Source: Prorocentrum cordatum (taxonomy: Eukaryota). From it: a stretch of DNA of 54,735 bases. Positions 37,944-48,229 of this stretch are shown here, one piece after another (positions within the stretch are counted from its first letter, which is position 1; every line of letters begins with the position of its first letter). The stretch lies in assembly GCA_963575745.1 (NCBI GenBank), contig CAUYUJ010000220.1, forward strand, positions 62,001 through 116,735, in the 5' to 3' direction. Made by a program: the position numbers and the translations under genes. The notes under the pieces are model-generated. The model was given only the letters and a program-made list of their open reading frames with translations, did not search any database and was not told the DNA's origin.

Positions 37944-38920
37944 CTAGCGCTGGCCTTCCACAGCCCCCAGTTCTGGACGCCAGAACTTGGCGGCCGTCTT
38001 CGAAGCATCGCGGGGCCCAGGCGAGAGGCGCTGATGGCCCAGCATCGCCAGCCCTTCAGCGATGTAAATTCTCGCGGTGCGCGCGTTGGACCACCGCCCT
38101 CGCACGATTTGTGCGAGCGAGGAGACCGCGGTACCCGAAGTCGTGGGTGGCGCCCCCGCGCCGGAAGCTGTAGAGGCTGAGTTCGTGGTCCCCGTGGCCC
38201 TGCTCTTCACAAACCTTTTTGAAAAGAGCTCGCTGTCGCGGTCTCGACGGAGAGGCCAGCAATTCTCCGGTCCGAATTCTGCGCCAAGATCCAGAGGGCG
38301 GCCAAGACAACAAGGTCCGAGACCGTGACGCTCTCCGAAGCACCTTGGCGCTTCCCGGTCCTGGTGAGGCCCAGGTTGATGACGGCAGAACCATAGTCAC
38401 GCGCGAAAAAGAAGTCGCGCGCGCGGATGCCGAACATCCCCCCGTACCTGACAAAACATTGGAATCCGACGAGCCACGCGACCACGACAGCAAAATTATG
38501 CAGGGCCGCGACGTAGCCAATCAGCCCTATGGCGACGGCGCGCGGCATTGAGGGGGCTCGAGCCGGGAGTTCAGCCGTGGCCCAGGCGCCGCGCAGCCTC
38601 CAGCTTCCGTTGAGCCTTCGGCGGAGGCGCGGGGCAAAGTGCTGGAGTGCTGCCACCAGATCGTCGGCATAGCTCTTAGGCTCGCCTTCGGCCCAACAAA
38701 TTTCCAGGTACTCCATCACACTCTGGTCGGTGTCACCGGGGTCGTCAGGGGGTCTCTGCTCTGACCTTTGCCAGACACGGAACGCCGGCATCTGCGCCCA
38801 GTAGCGTCGGAGAGTGGCCGGCTTGACGACCTGATCCTTTGAGCGGCCGAATGCCAAGCGGGCGCTGGCCCTTGCCTCCCTTCTACGGCTAGCTAAAATC
38901 ATTGTTGGCGCCATCTGCAA
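37944..38920 (-). pseudogene. Tyrosine recombinase of DIRS element (frameshifted)
   Basis: VKPATLRRY, GFQCFVRYG (catalytic R), LSLYSFRRGGATHDF (H-x-x-R box), RGRWSNARTARIYI (catalytic Y). Confidence 0.88.
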
Positions 38921-39074
38921 GACCAGTGTGCCCCGCCGACTGGTCTGGAGCGCGCCGCTGGCAGGTCGCTCAACCGCCCATGTCGGGCAATGGGCAAATC
39001 TGGGGCCTCGGGGGGCCGACCTGACGGGGGCGCTGCGCAGACCGCCTCGGAGGGGCCAAATGGGCGCCCGCGCT

Positions 39075-39500
39075 CGCGCTGTCGCGAGGGGGCACCCGTA
39101 GGGTTCATCTTGCTGGTCACATAGCCGTAGAAAAGGGGTAGAGGTTACATTCGAGAATCTGCGCGTCGGTGCGTTGCACCAGGTGGTTCAGCCTTCGCGA
39201 CGAGGACCTCCCCCTTCGCGCGCGCTGAAAGGACCGCCTGGGTGTCGATGGGGATGCCGAGGCGCGAGTGGCGGCGACGAGCCCCCCGAGCGAACCATGT
39301 CAGCGCCGCCAGCGCATCCTGCGTCTCCAGCTCGTTGACGCGCCGCCCCTGCGCCTCCAGCCATGGGCGCGCACGGTCTGCCGCGCCCATCGGTCTGAGG
39401 CAATTGGGGCTCCAGGCCACACCTCGGCCCGGAACGGCAGACCCATGCCCGGCCGAACATCCGAGCCGCGGTGGTCGGCACGCCGCAGGAGGCCATGCGC
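39075..39500 (-). pseudogene. RNase H, C-terminal part (DIRS type)
   Basis: RVNELE (~HINELE), IDTQAVLSARAKG (~DSQV....KG), YVTSKMNPTGAPSR (~NPADAPSR). Confidence 0.75.
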
Positions 39501-39794
39501 GGTGGCCCGCGCTGCCGACAGCTCGTTCGCAGCGGCCCCGGCGGAAGCGGGAGGCGATCGGGCAATTTCGTCTCCGTGTGTTGCCCTATCGCCCTGGGCG
39601 CCTGCGAAGGCCCGCCCGACGGCCCCGGGGGCCTCCAAGCCCTCGCAAAGGGCCGCGGCGACTCGGCCCCTGAAGAGGGGGGGCGCCGTCCGAGGCTTTT
39701 CGCCGCGGGCTCGAGCAGCGAGCTCCTCGCGGAACGCTCGCTGGATCTCGGGGGCCGTGGGCGGGGCTTCGAAGAGGTCCGCCGCCTGAAGGCC

Positions 39795-40720
39795 CTGCCC
39801 GAGGAGCCGCGCGACGACGCCCACGTGGAAACTGCCCCCAAGGAGGGCGCGCCTCGCGGCGTCGTCTGTGCGCGCGGAGCTCGGCCGAGCGGGCTCTGCG
39901 TGCCCGGGCCAGAGCCCCGCGAGCACCTCCCTCTCTGGCGCCAGCAGCACGCGCCGGCCGCCCGCTGCCGGCGCCAACGCGCAAGCGTCCCGGCAGGTGA
40001 ACGGGGAGAAGCGGTGCTCGTCAGCTGCCCACCTCGCCCTCTCGTGGGCCTTGCACTCTCGCAGGCCCGCGGGGGCGGGGGGCGGCGCCGTCCCGGGGGC
40101 GGCTCGTCCGAATGCTGGGGGCCTCGCAGACGACCCCAAATCCCAGCAGCCATCGGGGGGCATCCAATACTCCGCGGGCTCCACCTCTGCCTCAAGATCG
40201 ATGACGTCGAAAAGCGGCGAGGTCCGCCGCCCGCGCCCGTCGCCCACAGGAAAACCGCACCAGTAGAGCCTGGGGCGCCGAGCTCGCGAGATCCCCGCAG
40301 CATCGATGGGGGCGGGGTGCCGGCCGAGCGCCTCGGAGACCAGCCTGCGCGACTCGGACGTCATGCTGGCGACATTCTCGACGACGTCGACCCAAGGGCG
40401 GCTTCCGAAATTCGAGCTCCAGCAGCCGCGCGACCCTGATAATCTCCCACAACAATGCCGATCGAGGCATGGGTAAATCCTGGAATGGCAAACTCCACGA
40501 AGCGGAAATACCTATCGCCCCAGGGGCCGCGCGCCGGACAGCAGCGACCATCTCGCGGGCGATCTCGGCGATGTCGGGCCACTCGACCCCGCCGGGCCAA
40601 GCCCGCAGCGCGCGCCTCCGGGTCCTTCTCGCAGGTGACGCGGAGGACCACTGCGGCGCCAATGCGGCCGTGAGCTTGCCGCCAGCCCCCAGCGCCTCCG
40701 AAGAACTCGAACACGATGAG
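39795..40720 (-). pseudogene. Dnmt3-like C5-cytosine methyltransferase domain
   Basis: Motif I IVFEFFGGAGG, II CEKDPEA, IV LPFQDL (PCQ with C>F), RSALLWEIIRV, VI VVENVASM, VIII IDAAGISRARRPRLYW, IX PEREVLAGLWPGH, X LLGGSFHVGVVARLL. Confidence 0.88.
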
Positions 40721-40748
40721 CCCGGAGGGGGCCAGGGGGGACAGGGGG

Positions 40749-42458
40749 CTAGCGGCCGATGCCGCAGCAGCCCACCCTGCCTCCGTGAGCCGCGAGGACA
40801 CAGGCCACACACGTGCCACCGCCAGACTGGGAAGCGTCCGCGGCGAGCGGCCAAGGGCACAGCTTGGCCCGGACTTCGGCGTAGACGAGCGGAGCCACGG
40901 CGCAGGCCATGCACAGCTCGTCACCCCCGCGCCACGAGACCGGCTTGCGGCCTTTCAAGGAGGCGATCGGGGCAGAGTGAGTCTGGGTCCATGCCAGGTG
41001 ATCCAGAGGAGTCCTGGGCTTGAGCGCGGCCCGAGCCGAGGGTGCCGAACGCGGCGCGCCGGTGCCCGAAGTCGAAGCACCGCCGGCCGGTGGCCCGGCG
41101 GCCGCCGCCGCCCAAAGAGGGCCGCAGTCGGCCCGCGACAGTGCCCAGCATGCGAGGGCCAGGTGCAGCAGCAGTTCGGGGAGCGCAGGGGCGACCCGAC
41201 CGAGACGCCCATCAACGCCAGACCCCATGCCGACGGCCATCGGCGATCGCTCGACGACTTCGGCCTCGCTTCGCCGGATGCCCGGGCGGTCGGGGGCAGC
41301 ACGGACCACCAGCTGCTCGACCGACACATGCCCCGCCAGGTCACGGGCGGCGGCCTCGCTGACAATTTCCCCGAAGTCCACGTTGTCCACGTAAAACGTA
41401 GACCTTCCACCATGCCCAGGGAAGATGGTGAAGCTGGAGAGGGCATGCTGCGCCGCGACGAAGCTCGGCCGAGACGGCGGGGCCCTATGGCCTGGCGCGC
41501 CGCCCAGGGCGATCTGCCTGGACAAATGCTGGACGACGCCCACAGCAGACAGCCGCCCCATCGGAACGACTGCTACCGCCACCCACACTGGGGGCCCTTG
41601 GCCCGCCCAAGCGCGAGAGGGTCGACGGGCGTTGAAAGGGCCATTCAAGGCCTCCAGCAGGACGGAAAGCGAAACGCGCGGAAGCAGCCCCTGGTATCGT
41701 CGCTGCTCCACAGGAGCGTCTCGGCACCCCCCGGGAGCGTGACGTGGCGCCCCCCGCCTTCCCGCCCACTGGGAGCAGACCGATGTCGCCGTCGATGGGC
41801 CTCTGCACGCGGTTGCTCGGGACCATGTTACGTTGATGATCAGCCGGGGCAATCGAGTGGCGGGCGGGATCTGCGCGCCCGCCTTCTCCACCCCGAACGC
41901 CCCGTTGAAGAGGGGCTGGCCGCCAACCCGCGCGACGCCCGCGCGACGCTGTCGCATGGAGATCTCCTCGAACGCGCCGCGTCCAAAAGCTCCGCGACGA
42001 TGAGGGCCCACTTGCGCGGGGCGGCGTGGACCTTGGCCGCCAGCTGCGCGGTGCAGGTCCCGTCTGGGTCGCAAACGCGCTCGGGGTGAAGCAGCGCCCC
42101 CCTGACCTCCGCACTGGCGATGGCGAGGGCATCGCCAGGGGCGGCCTCGCCGCGAGCAGGAAGCCAGGGGAGAAGCTCCGCCAATGCGAGCGGCTCGATC
42201 GGGAGGAGAGACCTCGTCGCCTCCGTAGCTCAGCCGCCTCCGGGCCAGCATGGCGCCGAAGTCGACCGCGGGCGAGGTGCATGCCCTGCCGGTCTCCTCG
42301 TCGACCCGATCCAACAAGGCCTCGCGCTGGGCAAATATGTGGGCGAAGGACGCGCGCTGAGCGATCGTGGGTCGATGCCCGCACCAGTCGAGTCCCCGCT
42401 GATCCTCTCGCCAGCGCTGCACATCCAATTCAGGGGGACGATGCACAGCAGTTGCCAA
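40749..42458 (-). pseudogene. DIRS reverse transcriptase plus RNase H N-terminal motif
   Basis: LFNGAFGVEK, RLIIN, VVPMGRLSAVGVVQH, FYVDN. AADASQSGGG at ~40835. Confidence 0.82.
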
Positions 42459-43239
42459 GCTCCGATCGCGACCACCCGCCCCCTCTCGGCGCGCCCCTGC
42501 CTGCCTTCCTTGAAACCGCCGGCGCGCAGAAGCCGCTCAAGTGCTGCCTCGACTGCGGCCTCGCCCCTCGGGACAGGGAGTGGAAGGAATTCCGCTGTCG
42601 CTTCCCACCCTGCCCAGGCTGGCCCGCGAGGTGGCGCCTCGCGCAATCACCGAGGGGCGAGTCGCGCGCAGCCAGGGCCGCGAGGATGGCCGCGCCGATC
42701 TACCCTGCGCACATGCCGCCGGCCGCGAAACGCTGCAGGGCATGTCTCTCCTTCAGGGCGGCACCGGCCGCTGGCCGGAGGTCCACAGACGGATGAGGAC
42801 GCCGCGGAATCGCACTCGACGTCGCTGACCCCGATCGACCCGCCGGTCGAGACCGACTCCGAGCCTGGCGAGGGGGGCCCGCTGACCCAACCAACCCCTG
42901 GCTGTCTGGAGTAGCGGGGGCTGGCGATGCCAGGGCACGCCGATCCACCTCGTCGCGGGAGGCCCGGTGGGCCCGACCCGGCTGCTGATGGGAGCCGCGC
43001 GCAGCTGGGCCTTCCGCGTCGCCCTCGTCGCCGGTGCCCTCGCCCATCCCGCCCCCGCGGGGGCGACTGCGATCGCTGCCACGACCGCCACGGGGCTGAC
43101 CGCGCCCAAGATGGGCTCCGCGACCTTTGCCGCTGCCCTTCCCGAAGGCGCGACCTTGGGCCCTGTGCGCCCCCTCCGGCGCCGCACGTGCAGCTCCGGG
43201 GCTGCCCCCCCAGAGCCGGGAGTGCGGCTGCGGGTCCTC

Positions 43240-45010
43240 GACGCCGCATCCTGGAGCTTAAGATCCTGTCGAGCTCGGCCCGCGTCGCCGCCGCCCGCTC
43301 CCAGTCACTGGACAGGCCCACGTCGGCGTTTGGGCTCAACTCCAGATGCCAGGCGATGGTCCAGTTGCCGTCGGCCACTGAGCACTCCAGCGCTTTGAAA
43401 CGCTGACTGAGCACGCGAGGGAGGTTGCCATCCATGAGCCCGTCGAGCACTCCGCGATCGTGCGCAGCTCTCTGCGCGTCCAGAGCCCGGTCTCCTGCGG
43501 AGTGTACCGCTGGTGGAACACGCCCACCAGGCACTGCTGGATTTTCCCGACCTCGCCGCTGGCGCTGGCCGCCCCGGCCCCCCAGAGGTGCGAGGTACCT
43601 CTGCATCTCCTGCAAGGCACGCTCAAGAAGAGCACCCGGATGACGGCGCGCGAACCCTGCCAGGTCCTGCGCTCTGGGGGGGGCGAAAAGAAAATCCTCT
43701 TCCTCGTCCTCATGGCCGCGCTTCGTGGCACGGAGGAGCAAAGCCTCCAAGCTGCTGTCCTCCTCCGTGTACGGCCGCGCCGCGTCGGCCCCCGAGGCAC
43801 GGCGCTCCGCCGCACGTTGGTGCAGCCCGTCGACGAAGGACGTCACTCGCTGGCGCTTCTCGGGCCGGGCGAAAGGGGGGCATAGCAAAGGGGGGGTTTG
43901 AGAATCAGCTTGCGTAGCTGATTTTCCCGGCGCCTCCCGGCGCGGGGAGGCGCCCATGTATCGAGGAATGGGCCCGGCGGCGGGGCCGAAACCAGCTGTA
44001 TGCAGCAGATTTCGTAACCCCCCCTTTCCCAATCCCCCCCTTTCGTCCGGCCCGAGCTTCGGGGGGCGACCCCCATGGCCCTCCGCGCCGGCCGACGGCT
44101 CGCGTTCCTCGTCAGCGAGCCGGCGTTTCGCGGCCTCGAGCTTGCGCCAGAGCTCCAGCGCCTGCCGCTCGCAGCGGTCGCCATCGTCGCGGCCGCGACC
44201 CCTGGAGGCCGAGCGCTCGTCGTCGAAGGGTGGCGCCCAACGGGCACTCTTCCTTCCTGCGGCGCCGCCTCGGCCGTCCTCCGGCGGGGGCTTCAAAGGA
44301 GGGGGCAGTGGCGGCGGGCGTGCGGCCTCGCCGCCATCGTCCCGCGGGGTAGCCGTGCCACCCGCGCTAGGGATCCCGAGGGCCTCGGGCACGTCGAAGT
44401 AGACGTCGTCGGAGCTCCTCTCGAGCCTGGCCCTCCACTTGCGGACGTGGTAGACCTTGTGGCGGCCCCACCTCTCGTCGCAGCTGTTCATGGCCGCCCG
44501 CGCACCGCTCCATTCTCGGAGTCGACGCCGCCCTCCCTGGAAAAATCCTCCTCGACCTCGCCGTCGATGTTCTGACTCTCGGACCCCAGGAAATACGCCT
44601 GCCTGAAGAAGCCCAGGTCGCTGGGCTTCGGGCGGTCCTTCGCGCCCTTCCCCAGTGGGACCAAGCAGCACGCGAGGTTCCCCAGGGCCGCCCCGCCCGT
44701 CCTCGGTGGGCGGCCCTTGAAAGCCTCGACCTCCACAATGTCGTGGGGTCCAGCGCGGCTGAGGTCGCCTGCGTCGCTGGCGCGGGTGATCCCCCACGCT
44801 GGGATCCGCACCTGCTCGCCTGCGCGGCCGCGGCGGCGGCCCCCTCCTCCTCCTCCGCCCTCTGGCGGGGGTGGAGCCGCCGCGGGCGCCCAGGTTCGCG
44901 AGCAGCGCCGCCGCCGGCCCCCGCCCTCGTCGCCTGTGCGGGCGGCTGGAGCTGCGGCTGGGCGCCGAGCAGCCGCGCCTGGGGCAGCAGCTGGCCGCCG
45001 GAAGGCCATG
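43240..45010 (-). pseudogene. Gag-like ORF of DIRS element
   Basis: ARRHPGALL..ALQEMQRYL, RELRTIAE.LDGLM.G, QRFKALECSVADGNW..A.HLEL, located upstream of RT. Confidence 0.55.
43860..44055 (+). mobile_element. MITE family B (196 bp) nested in DIRS gag
   Basis: TCGGG...CCCGA termini; perfect TSD gcttc/gcttc. Confidence 0.9.
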
Positions 45011-45429
45011 TTGCACCCCCAGCTGCCGATGAAGCCCCTGCAGGGGCGCCGAGGATATGTAAAAGCTGAAATGCAGAAAGACTGTGCCGAAAAGCTCGAG
45101 CCAAGCAGCTACGGAGCCGTGCGGCCAACCGGAATCCCGCGCAAACCCTCCATCCAGTCTCATGGGGTCATGGCATTTATATAGATGTAGACAGACATCA
45201 AGAGACACACAAATATATACAGAGACATATAGAAACAAACCGGGACGTATAGAGACACATAGATACCTACAGAGACACATATATATATATGTACATACAT
45301 ATATATGTAGAGAGAGACAGAGAGAGAGAGAGAGACGAGAAGACATAGAGAAAGCGAGACATAGAGCCACACAAACATAGAGACAAAGAGTCATGGGCAC
45401 ATCTGTAGAACGCGCAGGACTCGAAACAT

Positions 45430-46540
45430 AGGAGAAGGGAAATCCATAGGCACGTTCGAGCCCCAGGGCAAGGGGCACTCTATAGAAACATACGTTGCAA
45501 AAATAGGATCCGAGCTACAGGAGAAGGTCAATCTTTTGGCACATACGTAGAACTCGCAGAAGTCGAGCCACAGGAGAAGGGGGTGCGAGGCCTCGGGAGG
45601 CCAAGGGGCGCGCGGAGGCCAAAAAGTCAACGAGGTCACACCACCGGATACAAACAGACCTCCGACGTTTCCTCCCAGGGCCTGAGGGGAGGGCCTCCCA
45701 GAGGCTATCGAGTCCACGAATCGACACCGGATGCGAACAAACTTTCGACGTTCCGTCCTGGGGCCCGGGGACGCCTGCGGAGGCACATTGGATTCGAGCC
45801 ATAGGAGAAGGGCAGTCCATAGGCACATACGTAATACACAACAGGTTTCGAGCCACAGAAGAGGGTAATGCATGGGCACGTACGTAATACACGTAGGAGT
45901 CGAGCAACGAGAAAGGGGTAATCTATAGGCACGTACATAACCCGCATAGAACTGCAACACCAGGAGAGGGCCAATCGATAGACACACACGTAAAACAAAC
46001 CGAAGTGCTAACTGGCGCGGGACTTGCACAGAAGTCTCAGAAGCTCCGGAGAATGGGTAGCTAATGAAAATGATGCGGGATGTCACGAGCCACGCACAGA
46101 AGTATCAGAAGCCCTGTACAACAGACAGCCAATGACAGTGGTGCAAATTGGCGCGAGCTACGCACAAAAGTATCAGAAGCCCTGTACCAGCCACTGACAG
46201 TAGTGCGAATTGGCGCGAGCCCAGCACACAAGTCTGATAATGCACTGTCGTTCCGTCCTTCGCCCCTCCCACTCGCCCGCGACTCTACAAACGACCCCTC
46301 CCGATCCCTCAAAAAGAGACCGCTCCCAGTCCGAAGGGAGAGGAAGACGGGGAAATGGACAAAGCGGGAACCAACAGAAAAGGATGAGGAGGGGGAGGGA
46401 AGGCAAACCATGCAAGCCCGAGGCATACGACAAGTTCGCTGCCGATGCGGCGCGCGGAGTCGCCAACGTCGCCCGCCCAGACCGCGGTCCAGAGAAGAGA
46501 CCGCGGTCGCAAGTCCAGACCGCGGCCCTGTCCGGTCCTC
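45430..46540 (+). repeat. ~1.1 kb diverged direct repeat of 35635-36702
   Basis: Collinear blocks such as gaaacatacgttgcaaaaatagga, ggaggccaaaaagtcaacgag and ttggcgcgagctacgcaca.aagtatcagaagccctgtac. Confidence 0.85.
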
Positions 46541-46553
46541 CCCCCTCCCCCTA

Positions 46554-46749
46554 TCGGGTCGGGCGAAAGGGGGGGATAGCAAAGGGGGGGGTTTGAAAAT
46601 CAACTCACGTAGCTGATTTTCCCGGCGCCTCCCGGCGCCGGAAGCGGCAATGTATCGAGGAATGGGCCCCTCGGTGAGGCCGAAACCAGCTGCATGCAGC
46701 AAATTTCGTAACCCCCCCTTTCCCAATCCCCCCCCTTCGCCCGGCCCGA
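46554..46749 (+). mobile_element. MITE family B (196 bp)
   Basis: TCGGG...CCCGA termini; perfect TSD cccta/cccta. Confidence 0.9.
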
Positions 46750-47578
46750 CCCTACCCTTCGTCGTTGTCCTCTGGGCACCTCCACAGCATCTGCCTCCGT
46801 CCCTCTCCACACCCCTTCCTCCCTCCTCATCGCTCCGCCCCTTCCGCGCCCCTCCCCCGCATCCGCTCCTCCCTCCCCATCCATCGCTTCGCGGCAACTC
46901 CAGCCTTATCATCGTCGCCGCCGTCCTCCATCTCCCCAGCGCCCCCCTACTCGTGCGTCCTTATCTCTCTCCCCCTTCGCAGGTTCCGTCATCACCATCC
47001 CCGGTGACCCTCATCCTCATCATCGCACCTCTCCGTATCCGTCTCTCCCCGTCTCCCTCTCTCTCTCTCGCTCTCCCTTCCTGCTGTTGTTTTCTCTCTC
47101 TCTCTCGCTCTCGCTCTCTCTTTCCTTCGGTCCCTCTCTCCCCCGCTGCCCTCCCCGTCCTGCCCTCGACGGCCCACGCCTCTCCCCCTAAACCATTGTC
47201 TTTCCATCCTCGTCCTCCCCCCCCCATTTGCTCCTTCTCCTTACCAGCCTCGAGCGTATCCCTATCCCTAAGATCGACACGCCCAAAGGCGATGACAATC
47301 TTAGGGATCCGCCCTCAAAAATAAGGGAATCCCCAAGATTGGCATCGTGATGAGGAGGTTCCCAGCATATGTTCCAGACTGGTAATCTCCCTCTCGGCGC
47401 CCCCAGCGGGACGTCCCCCGGGCCCGTGGCCCATCTTGGCCCGTGGCCCCTGGCAGCGCGTGGCTCGCCGTGGCCCTCGCTCTCTCTTCGTGGCCCGTGG
47501 CCCCTGGCAAGGGGGGGGTTCCCGGGGCACCCCCTGGAGCAGCGCGGAGCCCCCCCCAAGGATTCAAGATTTCCTCCT

Positions 47579-47758
47579 TGACTACCTACCAGACCACCCC
47601 AACCCAACCCGAAGACCCGAATTTGACCCCAATTTCGGGTTGGGGGGGGGTACGGGTTCCATGTGTTTTTTTCAACGTTCCTCGACCCCCCCCCCCACTG
47701 GAAATGGAGGGCAAATTGAGGGTTTCGGGTTGGGTTGGGGTGGTTTGGTGGGTGGTGA
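47579..47758 (+). mobile_element. MITE family C (180 bp)
   Basis: TGAC..accaccccaacccaacccgaa ... ttcgggttgggttggggtggt..GTGA; TSD ctcct/ctcct. Confidence 0.85.
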
Positions 47759-48229
47759 CTCCTGAGGTCCTCCACAGGGCCTCGCATGGACCTCGCAGGA
47801 GCATCCCAGTGTCCTCCCTGATGCGCCCCAGCGGCATTTCGACGGGTGGACCTCCAAGTGGTTCCCGAGTGCCTCCACAAAGCTCGCGCCAGCCTGAAGC
47901 CCAAACACGGGCCCCACCCGGCCAAAGATGGTCCTAATATGGCCCGCAAGGCGCCGCAGACAACCCGTGAGGGCCCCCATGAAGCTCAGTAGAAGCTCCA
48001 AGACGGCTCCCAACGACCCCCCCACGAGAGCCCCTCCCCCTCCCGGTCACGTTTCCTTGTAAGTGCTGTGTTGCCCCCTGCGAGCAGCGCTTGGGCGCCC
48101 AGGAAGCCCGAAACACCCCGAGTTCGACATATGTGGCGTAAGCCTGGAGACCCTACGTGGGCAATATACGTGGTACGACCTACCCTTAACAGCATATGAG
48201 ACGCAACGTACGTTGTGTAATCTAGGTGG

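Larger units (their letters stand above)
37800..45170 (-). mobile_element. Decayed DIRS-like tyrosine-recombinase retrotransposon carrying a DNA methyltransferase
   Basis: Minus-strand order: gag-like, RT, DNMT, RNase H, tyrosine recombinase. Boundaries are approximate and set by the flanking microsatellite. Confidence 0.88.

Noticed and set aside
42647..45478. 943-aa ORF as a single real gene
   Set aside because: It is a chimera of microsatellite, frameshifted DIRS gag and a MITE.
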